Of a stretch of DNA of 64,000 nucleotides, positions 27,378-36,348 are shown piece after piece (the first letter of the stretch is position 1; each line of letters begins with the position of its first letter). Source of the stretch: an uncultured Candidatus Saccharibacteria bacterium (GTDB lineage Bacteria; Patescibacteriota; Saccharimonadia; CAILAD01; BJGX01). The stretch covers positions 5,443 to 69,442 of the forward strand of contig CAYRNO010000002.1 in NCBI GenBank assembly GCA_964425715.1, in the 5' to 3' direction. The notes under the pieces were generated by a model. The model did not search any database. It saw nothing but the letters and a program-made list of their open reading frames with translations, and was not told the origin of the DNA. The position numbers and the translations under genes were made by a program.

Positions 27378-28901
27378 ATGGCCAATCTTAAAGAACTAAG
27401 AGACGAACGTCTCCAGAAACTATCAGCCCTTAAAAAAGCTGGAATTGATCCATATCCACAGTTGGGTGATCGTACAGCTCAAAATATGGTATTGGTAGAA
27501 GAATTTGACACTCGCGAAGGCAGTGAAGTCAAGGCAGTAGGTAGAATTACTAGCATCCGTTTGATGGGTGGGATGTGCTTTGTAGATATTACAGACGAAT
27601 CGGGAAAAATTCAGGCAGTTATCAATAAGAAATCTCTTGAAGCTGATACCAAGAGTAATCAACTTGATTTTGCCCAACTCAAGCTTTTAGACAATGGTGA
27701 CTTTATACAGGCTTCGGGTAAATTGCAAAAGACAAACGCTGGAGAAGTAAGTGTATTTGCTCAAAATATTACATTTCTTGCAAAAAGCTTGCGACCTATG
27801 CCTGATGTACATGATGGCTTCAAGGACGTCGAGCGTCGATACAGACAGAGATATATTGACTTGCACATAAACCCCGAAGTAAAACGACATATCGAGATGC
27901 GTAGTAAGGTAACAGAAGTGATTCGTCAATTTCTAATAACGCGTGGTTTTATTGAGCTAGAGACTCCGATTTTACAGCCATTATATGGTGGCGCCAGTGC
28001 AAGACCATTTACCACTTATCATCACAAATTAGAGTCAGACTTGTACTTGCGAATTAGTAATGAGCTATATCTCAAGCGAGCAATTGTGGCTGGATTTGAA
28101 CGAGTTTTTGAATTTTCTCGTGATTTCCGAAACGAAGGAATCGATAGAAGTCACAATCCTGAATTCACGATGTTGGAATTGTATCAAGCTTATGCGAACT
28201 ACGAAGATTTGATGGTTCTTACAGAGCAGTTGATTTCTGAAGTTTTGATGGCTACTCACGGACAATTGAAATTTAGCTATCAAGGAAAAGAGCTAAATTT
28301 CAAACCCCCATACCGTCGAGTCACTCTAAACGAATTGGTACTGGAAGAAACCGGCATCAATTACGAAAAAGTTACTCGCGATGAACTGATTGAAGAATTT
28401 AAGAAGCGTAAATTAAAAATAGACCCTAGTGCTAATCCGCCCATGAAGGATTTGTTTGATGAATTTTACAAACAAACTTGTCGAGAAAAGATTACTGACC
28501 CAATTTTTCTACTTGATTATCCAGCCGAGATGATCCCTCTCGCCAAACGTAAAGCAGATAAACCTAGTCATATTGCTAGCATGCAATTGGTCTGTGCTGG
28601 TTTTGAGCTTATCAAGGCCTATAATGAGCTCAATGACCCGATTGACCAGCTGCAAAGATTGCAAACCGAGCAGTCTGCTCTCGATAAAGGTGAGAGTGAA
28701 GAAGCTCAACCATTAGATTATGACTTTATCCGGGCTCTTGAGATTGGCCTACCACCTACTGCAGGTTGGGGTATGGGAATTGATAGATTTGTATCATTTT
28801 TGGCGGACCAACCAGCCATCAAGGATGTGATATTGTTCCCAACACTTAGACCAGAAGAAATAGACCCATCTGAATTTACCGTCGATGAGGAGCTTAAATG
28901 A
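27378..28901 (+). CDS. lysS: lysine--tRNA ligase (class II)
   Basis: OB-fold N-domain, class II motifs FRNEGIDRSHNPEFTMLE and GLPPTAGWGMGIDR. Confidence 0.95.
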   Translation: MANLKELRDERLQKLSALKKAGIDPYPQLGDRTAQNMVLVEEFDTREGSEVKAVGRITSIRLMGGMCFVDITDESGKIQAVINKKSLEADTKSNQLDFAQLKLLDNGDFIQASGKLQKTNAGEVSVFAQNITFLAKSLRPMPDVHDGFKDVERRYRQRYIDLHINPEVKRHIEMRSKVTEVIRQFLITRGFIELETPILQPLYGGASARPFTTYHHKLESDLYLRISNELYLKRAIVAGFERVFEFSRDFRNEGIDRSHNPEFTMLELYQAYANYEDLMVLTEQLISEVLMATHGQLKFSYQGKELNFKPPYRRVTLNELVLEETGINYEKVTRDELIEEFKKRKLKIDPSANPPMKDLFDEFYKQTCREKITDPIFLLDYPAEMIPLAKRKADKPSHIASMQLVCAGFELIKAYNELNDPIDQLQRLQTEQSALDKGESEEAQPLDYDFIRALEIGLPPTAGWGMGIDRFVSFLADQPAIKDVILFPTLRPEEIDPSEFTVDEELK

Positions 28902-30121
28902 TAGATATCAAAAAATTACGTGAAAACCCACAGCCTTATCAGGAGAGCGCTAAGCGAAGAGGTCTTGATGTAGATATTGAGGGATTATTGAGTCTAGATA
29001 GAGACAGGACTGAACTTATCCATAAATCTGAGACACTAAGATCTCAGCTCAAGATTGATGGCAAACCAACAAAAGAAGAGCTTGAAGCACTACAAGTTAA
29101 GAAAAAAGAATATGAATCAATAAGTAAAGATTTAGAGCAACTAAATGCAAAATATCAAGATATCCTAAGCCAAGTACCCAATCTCTTGGCTGATGATACT
29201 CCGGACGGTGATGAAAAGAACAATAGAGAAGAGCGCAAATGGGGTAAAACTGAATTAGAGTTTGAAGCCAGAGATCATGTAGAGCTAGGTGAAATAAATG
29301 ATTTGTTTGATTTTGAGGCTGGCGCAAAAGTATCTGGAGCAAAATTTTATTTCACAAAAGATAAAATGCTTCGTTTGTGGCAGGCAATCGAATTATTCGC
29401 ACAAAACATAGTAAGAGCAGAAGGCTTTGAAATGATGGGTGTACCACATATGGTGAATTATGATATAGCAGCTGGTACTGGATATATGCCTAGGGGTGAA
29501 GAAAATCAAAACTATATTGATAGTGATCAGAAATTAGTGATGATAGCTACCTCTGAGATTCCGATCACCGGATATCATAAGGATGATGTCTTGGATTTAG
29601 CTAAGCCCAAGCTGTATGCAGGCCTTAGCCCTAGCTATCGTCTTGAGGCTGGTGCATACGGTAAATTTAGTAAAGGTTTGTATCGTACTCATCAATTTGA
29701 AAAATTGGAGATGTATGTGTTTTGCTATCCCGATCAAAGTGATAAATGGTTACAGAAGATAGTCGAAATAGAAGAGAAAATTTGCCAAGAATTGCAGATA
29801 CCATATCGGGTGATACGCATTGCTGCTGGTGATATGAGTACTCCAGCATATGAGAAATATGATTTGGAATACTTCAGTCCCGCTGAGAAAGACTACCGTG
29901 AATTGACTAGCTGCAGCAATTGTACAGACTTTCAGTCACGCAATCTCAATATCAGATATCGTACCGAGGATGGCAAGCTAGACTTTGTCCATACTCTCAA
30001 CGGCACTACCGTAGTGAGTAGTCGGATGACAATAGCAATACTTGAAAATTATCAGCAAGCCGATGGCACCGTGAAGATCCCAGAAGTTTTACAAAAGTAC
30101 TATGGTGCCGAAGTGTTATAA
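28898..30121 (+). CDS. serS: serine--tRNA ligase
   Basis: N-terminal coiled-coil arm and a class II core (RTHQFEKLEMYVF, TLNGTTVVSSR). Confidence 0.93.
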   Translation: MIDIKKLRENPQPYQESAKRRGLDVDIEGLLSLDRDRTELIHKSETLRSQLKIDGKPTKEELEALQVKKKEYESISKDLEQLNAKYQDILSQVPNLLADDTPDGDEKNNREERKWGKTELEFEARDHVELGEINDLFDFEAGAKVSGAKFYFTKDKMLRLWQAIELFAQNIVRAEGFEMMGVPHMVNYDIAAGTGYMPRGEENQNYIDSDQKLVMIATSEIPITGYHKDDVLDLAKPKLYAGLSPSYRLEAGAYGKFSKGLYRTHQFEKLEMYVFCYPDQSDKWLQKIVEIEEKICQELQIPYRVIRIAAGDMSTPAYEKYDLEYFSPAEKDYRELTSCSNCTDFQSRNLNIRYRTEDGKLDFVHTLNGTTVVSSRMTIAILENYQQADGTVKIPEVLQKYYGAEVL

Positions 30122-30142
30122 TAGTATTATAGTGGAGGCAAT

Positions 30143-30496
30143 ATGATAGATATAAAATTGAGTAGTAGAAAATACGAAATAAATGACAGCTTGCGTAAAT
30201 ATGTCCAGAAAAAGCTTGGTAGACTGGACAAATATATGCCAAAAGACCACAAAGCTATAGGAATGGCAGTAGAAATATTTCGTGATCCATCCGGTAAAGA
30301 AGACAATAAATACAAAGTGACCGCGGTACTAGAAGTACCCGGACCTGATATAGTTGCTGAAACTGCCACTATCAATCCTCACTCTGCAATAGATATAGTA
30401 GAGCAAAAGCTAAGACTACAAATCAAGAAGTACAAAGACAAGAATTCTCCACGTCGTTTTCGTGTCAAAGAGATGTGGAATAGATTTCGGGACTAA
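30143..30496 (+). CDS. hpf: ribosome hibernation-promoting factor (short HPF/RaiA type)
   Basis: MIDIKLSSRKYEINDSLRKYVQKKLGRLDKY...AIDIVEQKLRLQIKKYKDK. It sits immediately upstream of secA, as in Firmicutes. Confidence 0.75.
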   Translation: MIDIKLSSRKYEINDSLRKYVQKKLGRLDKYMPKDHKAIGMAVEIFRDPSGKEDNKYKVTAVLEVPGPDIVAETATINPHSAIDIVEQKLRLQIKKYKDKNSPRRFRVKEMWNRFRD

Positions 30497-30559
30497 AACA
30501 TTTGGATTACTTGTATATAATATAATCTGGTATAATTAACAGATGTATAAGAGCTTACT

Positions 30560-33163
30560 ATGTCTATAATTTCTAAAATATTTGGCGATCCCAACGCACG
30601 AGAGATCAAAAAAGCCAAGATTCGAGTAGATCGGATCAATGCACTTGAGGATGAGATCAAGGCACTTTCGGATGAGAAACTCAAGGCTAAAACAGCTGAG
30701 TTTTTGGAACGCATAGATCATAAAAAGCTTGAATCATCACTTGATAGCATACTGGAGGAAGCTTTTGCAGTTGTAAGAGAAGCCAGTCGACGTGTTCTCA
30801 ATCAGCGTCATTTTGATGTACAGCTGATAGGTGGTGTAGTACTTCACAGCGGAGCTATCACCGAGATGAGAACCGGTGAAGGTAAGACTTTGGTAGCAAC
30901 TGCCCCGCTTTACCTCAATGCACTTAGCAAAAAAGGCGCCCACCTAGTGACTGTCAATGACTATTTGGCCAAACTTCACGCTGGATGGATGGGGCAAATC
31001 TATCATTTCTTGGGACTGTCTACAGGTGTGATTGCGCATGATAGCGCATTTATATATGATCCAAAGTTTACCGACGAAAGCCACGAAGACGAAAGACTGC
31101 GTCATCTTCGGCCGGTAGAGCGCAAAGAGGCATACAATGCAGATATTACATACGGCACCAACAACGAGTTTGGCTTTGATTATTTGCGTGACAATATGGT
31201 GCAAGAGCTCTCTCAGATAGTGCAACGCAACCTCAACTATGTCATTGTCGACGAAGTAGACTCTATCTTGATAGACGAAGCCAGGACCCCTCTTATTATT
31301 TCCCAGCAGGCCAATAAAGGTACTGACAGATATTATACCTTCGCCAAGATAGCTCGATCACTGGATCCGAAGACAGATTATACGGTCGATGAGAAGCAAA
31401 AAGCTGTCAGTGTCACGGAAGAAGGAATCACAAAGATAGAAAAATCTCTCGGAGTAGACAATATATATGAAGCTGGGCGTATCGAAGATGTGCATCACAT
31501 AGAAGCCGCTCTCAAGGCTGAAGCATTGTTTATTAAAGATAAAGATTATGTCGTATCTGCAGATGGCGAGATAGTGATAGTAGACGAATTTACAGGACGT
31601 ATGTTGCCCGGAAGGCGATATAGCGAAGGATTGCATCAAGCCATTGAAGCGAAGGAAAATGTTCAGATTCAGGCTGAGAGTCAGACTCTTGCTACGATTA
31701 CATTCCAAAACTTATTTAGACTCTACAATAAGCTAGCCGGTATGACCGGAACTGCCATGACCGAAGCAGAAGAATTTGCCAAGATTTATTCACTTGAAGT
31801 CACCCAAATACCTACCCATCGACCAATGATCAGACAAGATTTGCAAGACAAGATCTATCGAACCGAGATAGGTAAGTTCAAAGCCGTGGTTCAAGAAGTA
31901 AAAGAACGTCATGAAAAAGGTCAAGCAGTGCTAATCGGTACAGTGAGTATTGAGAAAAACGAGATATTGAGCACGATGCTCAGAAAGGCAGGTATAGATC
32001 ACACTATACTTAATGCCAAAAACAACGAAGCGGAAGCTGGTATCATTGCTGAAGCTGGTCGAGTAGGTGCTGTCACCCTGGCTACAAATATAGCTGGACG
32101 TGGTACCGACATTGTCTTAGACGAAAAGGTCAAAGAACTTGGAGGATTGCATGTACTTGGAACTGAGCGTCATGAATCACGCCGTATCGACAATCAGTTG
32201 CGTGGTAGAGCTGGCCGACAAGGTGATCCAGGCTCTAGTCAATTCTACGTAAGTGTAGAAGATGATTTGATGCGAGTGTTTGGTGGTGATCGCATCGGCT
32301 CGCTTATGAATACACTCAATGTGCCCGAAGATGTTCCAATTGAGAACAAGATGATATCAAAGACTCTCGAAACAGCCCAAAAACGAGTCGAAGGACACAA
32401 TTTTGACATCCGAAAGCACCTAGTTGAGTATGATGACGTGATGAATTCACAGCGTGAGATTATCTACAAGAAACGCCGTAGGTACCTGGAGTCCAAAGAT
32501 CTCAAACCAGATATTTTTGAAGCTCTGGAGCAAGAATTTGGAGTAGTAGTGGCTACGCACACTAACTCTTCTACTTCTATGGTGGAGCTTGATGAAGTGG
32601 CTAAGAGTGCTCGTAAGATCATTCCGGTGCCCAAAGATTGGCCCAAGACAATCAAAAGTAAGCTACCCCAAGATATTGTCTCTAATCTTATGAATATCGC
32701 TCAAGATTTTTACTCTGAAAGGGCTAAACAGTTTGGTGATGATACAATGCAGCTTATCAATAGACTGGTGTGTTTTAAGGTAATAGATTCGGCATGGTTA
32801 CAGCACCTAGAGACTATGGACCATCTGCGTGATGGTATAGGATTGCGAGGCTATGGTCAGCGAGATCCGCTAGTAGAATACAAGTCTGAGGCGTTTAGAC
32901 TGTTTACCCAGCTTCAAAACGGTATCAACTACGAGATAGCTACCACGATATTCAAAGTAGAGATACAGCCACAAGAAGTAGTTGAAGCTCCTACTACTGA
33001 GATTACTGAAGGGGCCAAGTATGCTACCAGCCAGACCACTGAGGCCGAAGTCGTAAAAACCAAGAAATCTAAATCTGCAAAAATTGATACGAGCAAACAG
33101 GTCAAGCTAAGTCCTATGCGCAAAGTCAAAAAATCCAAACGCAAAAAGAAAAAAAGACGCTAA
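30560..33163 (+). CDS. secA: preprotein translocase ATPase SecA
   Basis: MRTGEGKTLVAT (Walker A), VIVDEVDSILIDEARTPLIIS and ATNIAGRGTDI, with a lysine-rich C-terminal tail. Confidence 0.97.
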   Translation: MSIISKIFGDPNAREIKKAKIRVDRINALEDEIKALSDEKLKAKTAEFLERIDHKKLESSLDSILEEAFAVVREASRRVLNQRHFDVQLIGGVVLHSGAITEMRTGEGKTLVATAPLYLNALSKKGAHLVTVNDYLAKLHAGWMGQIYHFLGLSTGVIAHDSAFIYDPKFTDESHEDERLRHLRPVERKEAYNADITYGTNNEFGFDYLRDNMVQELSQIVQRNLNYVIVDEVDSILIDEARTPLIISQQANKGTDRYYTFAKIARSLDPKTDYTVDEKQKAVSVTEEGITKIEKSLGVDNIYEAGRIEDVHHIEAALKAEALFIKDKDYVVSADGEIVIVDEFTGRMLPGRRYSEGLHQAIEAKENVQIQAESQTLATITFQNLFRLYNKLAGMTGTAMTEAEEFAKIYSLEVTQIPTHRPMIRQDLQDKIYRTEIGKFKAVVQEVKERHEKGQAVLIGTVSIEKNEILSTMLRKAGIDHTILNAKNNEAEAGIIAEAGRVGAVTLATNIAGRGTDIVLDEKVKELGGLHVLGTERHESRRIDNQLRGRAGRQGDPGSSQFYVSVEDDLMRVFGGDRIGSLMNTLNVPEDVPIENKMISKTLETAQKRVEGHNFDIRKHLVEYDDVMNSQREIIYKKRRRYLESKDLKPDIFEALEQEFGVVVATHTNSSTSMVELDEVAKSARKIIPVPKDWPKTIKSKLPQDIVSNLMNIAQDFYSERAKQFGDDTMQLINRLVCFKVIDSAWLQHLETMDHLRDGIGLRGYGQRDPLVEYKSEAFRLFTQLQNGINYEIATTIFKVEIQPQEVVEAPTTEITEGAKYATSQTTEAEVVKTKKSKSAKIDTSKQVKLSPMRKVKKSKRKKKKRR

Positions 33164-33170
33164 GTATTGC

Positions 33171-33199
33171 TTGACTTGAGCATAGATAATTCTTATGAT
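33171..33199 (+). promoter_or_regulatory. sigma70-type promoter (TTGACT-17-TATGAT) at the left edge of the unknown-function island
   Basis: TTGACT at 33171-33176, a 17-nt spacer and TATGAT at 33194-33199. It lies just after the secA stop and 79 nt before ATG 33278. Confidence 0.55.
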
Positions 33200-33277
33200 A
33201 GTATTTAAGCATAAGTATAAAACTTGCAATGACAAATATTAAATCCTCAAGGGATAACAGGGATAATAAGGACAAAA

Positions 33278-35530
33278 ATGGCAAATAGTGTAGAGACGAC
33301 TCCAGGTGGAAGTTCAGCAGAATCATTCGATCCACCTACTCCAGAAGAGGTAGCAGCCAGACTAATGGCCCCACCCGAACCACCACCAGGCACCGATACA
33401 AGAGAGCCATCTACTCGTACTGCAGCTTCTGCTACCACCAGTGAACCCACACCGCCTCCCACGCCAAGTGCCGAAACACCAAAACCTGTCTTTGACACTC
33501 CAGATCGCACTGATACAGAAGCAGCTATTGAGAGAGCCGATGAGAGAGCCGAAATTAAAGGTAAAATAGATGGAGTCAAAAAAGACATAGAAGAAGGAAG
33601 GGCCAAGGGTCTTTCTACTAGATCTCTAGAAGCGTATTTGGGCATATTAGAAACAGATTTGGCCTCAACTACAGAGCCAACACCTGCGAAGCCTGAAAGG
33701 TCAGCAGCTGTAGCGCTCGAAACTCTTACTCCAGAGCAAGTCAAAGAAGAGATGGCAGCATCTTGGGAAAGACTCAAAGATTTGCGCCGTAAAGAAAAGC
33801 CACTTCTTCATGATGAGATGGTTATTTCTGGCAGGACAGGTGAACTCAAGTATGATCCTGATATTGTAGCTACTCACCTTGATAGATGGAGGGAAGAACA
33901 ATGGCTAGCACTTTTGGATACTTCAGGTGAACATGTAGAAGGAGTTAGACTTAGCCCAGTAGAAATTGCTGCCATGACAACTTATCTCAAAGATCAACGA
34001 GCATCTCTAGGTAAAGAAGATGTTGATGAGAAAGCAAGAATCAGTGAAGATTTGGCATTGTTAAAAAAATATGACAAAGCTGTTTTGAAAGAATGGCTTG
34101 AGACTGGCGGCGCTAGTTGGGAAGAAATGGACAAGCTTAGAGATAAGGGCCAAGAGTGGAATGACTTTAAGATAGAAGTACCAGTTATAGAGCAAAAAAC
34201 TAAAATCAAACCGTCCGAGCCCGAACCACAGCCCGAGCCCGAACCACAGCCCGAGCCCGAACCACAGCCTGAGCCCGAACCACAGCCTGAGCCTCAACCC
34301 CAACCAGAACCTCGTCCAATTGAACCCATACCTGATATCACCGAAGCACAAGCTGCCTATGATGAAGCCACTGAGCGATGGGCGGCAGCACGAATAAGAT
34401 CCGAGAAGATGTTTGCTGGCAAAGAAGCCAAAGAAAATCTTGCTCGAGAAAAAGAAAACATGGATCGAGCCTTCGAAGCTTATTGTGCTGCGTTATCACA
34501 AAAGCATGTTGAAAACATGCGAAATGGTCTACAAAATTCCGAGCTATCAAAAGACTATGTGAGTCAGTCCGAATCTATCCAAAGAACTCTAGACCACCAA
34601 AGATTACTTGCACCTGCTGATAGAGATCCAAAATATCGCGATTACACAGATGCTCAATTTGCAGCTGAGATACAAGAACAGATAGACTATCAAGCTAAAC
34701 AAGCTGATTACCAACGTAATATGGAGAGTCTACTCGAACAAGAATTGGTTAGATTCAACCAGGTCAAAGTCGAAGAGTTGTTGAAGGTACGAGCCAGAGT
34801 GGATGCTGAGATGCTACGTCAACGTACAGCAGAGCACCCCAAACTTGCCAAGATGAATGAATGGCTCAAGAAACACCCTAAGACTAGAATGGTTGCAGGA
34901 CTTGCTCTTACTGGTATTGGTATCACGGGTACAGTAACTGGTTTAGCCCCCTTAGCAATATTAGGTTTCGGAGGTAGGACTGCTGTGGGAATGTATGGTG
35001 CATACAATGCAAGTAGAGGTGTAGGAGAAATGGTAGGCGCCCGTAGTGAGAAATTCGGCCTAGGGTCTCAGAAGTTCAAAGAGTCTGGCGACCCAAATAG
35101 AGACAAGACAAGAAAAGAAAATATTGGTCAAGAACTTACAGCTCAAGAAAAACAAACCAATACACGTAGATGGAGCAAACGTGCCGGAGCAGCCTTAGCG
35201 GGCATAGTCGGTGCCATAGGCGCCTACAAGCTGGTGAATGCCATTGATAATCCTCCAACACCCGGACCAGACACTGACCATCGGTATGGATCTATCAACA
35301 ACCCAGAGCTCATTGACAGGCTTGCAAAAGGAGACTTTGTATCTGGTGCAGAGCGCACGGAAGCTATTGCTAGACTCAAGGGTGTGATAGGTAATAATGC
35401 ATATAATAATTTATTAAATTCCGGTCCTGCAGGCAGACAGCAGCTCGAAGCACTACTCCTACTCAAAAACCCTCAAATCGATCTAGCACCCCAGTATTTC
35501 CAGCATTTAACCGCCGGACATTTCGGATAA
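33278..35530 (+). CDS. 750-aa hypothetical membrane protein: Pro-rich/acidic N-terminal region, coiled coils, 2-3 TM helices near the C-terminus
   Basis: No signal peptide. The Pro/Thr/Glu-rich N-terminus has intermediate GC (65/120 G+C at 33301-33420). It contains a (EPEPQP)n repeat and TM segments MVAGLALTGIGITGTVTGLAPLAILGF and AGAALAGIVGAIGAYKLV. No family recognised. Confidence 0.7.
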   Translation: MANSVETTPGGSSAESFDPPTPEEVAARLMAPPEPPPGTDTREPSTRTAASATTSEPTPPPTPSAETPKPVFDTPDRTDTEAAIERADERAEIKGKIDGVKKDIEEGRAKGLSTRSLEAYLGILETDLASTTEPTPAKPERSAAVALETLTPEQVKEEMAASWERLKDLRRKEKPLLHDEMVISGRTGELKYDPDIVATHLDRWREEQWLALLDTSGEHVEGVRLSPVEIAAMTTYLKDQRASLGKEDVDEKARISEDLALLKKYDKAVLKEWLETGGASWEEMDKLRDKGQEWNDFKIEVPVIEQKTKIKPSEPEPQPEPEPQPEPEPQPEPEPQPEPQPQPEPRPIEPIPDITEAQAAYDEATERWAAARIRSEKMFAGKEAKENLAREKENMDRAFEAYCAALSQKHVENMRNGLQNSELSKDYVSQSESIQRTLDHQRLLAPADRDPKYRDYTDAQFAAEIQEQIDYQAKQADYQRNMESLLEQELVRFNQVKVEELLKVRARVDAEMLRQRTAEHPKLAKMNEWLKKHPKTRMVAGLALTGIGITGTVTGLAPLAILGFGGRTAVGMYGAYNASRGVGEMVGARSEKFGLGSQKFKESGDPNRDKTRKENIGQELTAQEKQTNTRRWSKRAGAALAGIVGAIGAYKLVNAIDNPPTPGPDTDHRYGSINNPELIDRLAKGDFVSGAERTEAIARLKGVIGNNAYNNLLNSGPAGRQQLEALLLLKNPQIDLAPQYFQHLTAGHFG
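34217..34312 (+). repeat. 18-nt tandem repeat (GAGCCCGAACCACAGCCY x4 plus a degenerate tail) encoding EPEPQP units
   Basis: Four head-to-tail 18-mers at 34217-34288, then GAGCCTCAACCCCAACCAGAACCT. The repeat is in frame inside the 33278 gene. Confidence 0.9.
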
Positions 35531-35547
35531 GGAATACAGAAAGGTAA

Positions 35548-35976
35548 ATGGTACAAACTATGAAATCAGACATACTAGACGACAAAATATTTGATCAGCT
35601 CGACATGAATGACTTGAGCCCAACAGAAAAAGAGAATTTCTCTAAGACTTTCTTTGTGATACTAAATACCAGAGTCAACGCTAAGCTAGTAGAACAAATG
35701 GACCAGGCTCAACAAGACGAATACATCCGCCTAATTGGTGAAGGTGATGAGGCTAATATCACAGCATTTAAGGAAAAATCGTTTCCCAATCTCAAATCTA
35801 TAGTTGATTCAGAAGTATCAAGGCTCGTAGCGGATATCAAATCGGGTGCGGAAGCTATCACGGAAGACACTACAGAAATGGTCGGTGCTTCAGCATCTGT
35901 AGATAATGATCCCTTCTTGACCTTGAGCTCAGCCCCACCTCCTCAACCACCACCTGGAGTGACAAGTAATACCTAA
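35548..35976 (+). CDS. small acidic helical protein, paralogue of the next gene, with Pro-rich tail
   Basis: 142 aa. It shares an architecture with the 35995 product (see findings) and starts 18 nt after the previous stop. Confidence 0.6.
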   Translation: MVQTMKSDILDDKIFDQLDMNDLSPTEKENFSKTFFVILNTRVNAKLVEQMDQAQQDEYIRLIGEGDEANITAFKEKSFPNLKSIVDSEVSRLVADIKSGAEAITEDTTEMVGASASVDNDPFLTLSSAPPPQPPPGVTSNT

Positions 35977-35994
35977 TACAAGAAAGAGTAAACT

Positions 35995-36333
35995 ATGCTT
36001 ACACGTGAACAAATATTAATAAAATTGGGTGCACAAGATATGGACAAGGCTGTCCAGGACGACTTGCTGCAGCAACTTGCTGATACAGTGTGGACTAGAT
36101 TATTGCAAAAGATAAGTGAAAGACTTAGCGAAGAAGATATGACAGAGCTAGAAAAGCTGATTGAAGCTGGTCAAGATGATGAAGTAGAGAGTTATATCAT
36201 TTCCAAGATAGATAATTATGATACCTGGTCTGCCAAGATAGAAGAAGATACCATCAACGAACTCGAAAACAATCGACTAGCCATGGACGAGCAAGTCGAT
36301 GCTATGCTCAAAGAAACAACCCCCATCGACTAA
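35995..36333 (+). CDS. small acidic helical protein (paralogue of the 35548 gene)
   Basis: 112 aa. LIKLGAQDMDKAVQDDLLQQLADTVWTRLLQKISERLSEEDMTELEKLIEAG aligns by eye with the 35548 protein. Confidence 0.6.
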   Translation: MLTREQILIKLGAQDMDKAVQDDLLQQLADTVWTRLLQKISERLSEEDMTELEKLIEAGQDDEVESYIISKIDNYDTWSAKIEEDTINELENNRLAMDEQVDAMLKETTPID

Positions 36334-36348
36334 GGATAAATAGACACA

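Noticed and set aside
33247-33777. A 176-aa minus-strand ORF antisense to the start of the 750-aa island gene.
   Set aside because: It is a Ser/Ala/Gly/Val-rich antisense shadow of a moderately GC-rich, Pro/Glu/Thr-rich coding region. It has no start context.
34217-34312. The 18-nt tandem repeats considered as a possible CRISPR array or regulatory repeat.
   Set aside because: The units are head-to-tail with no spacers, in frame, and encode an EPEPQP low-complexity linker inside a long ORF.
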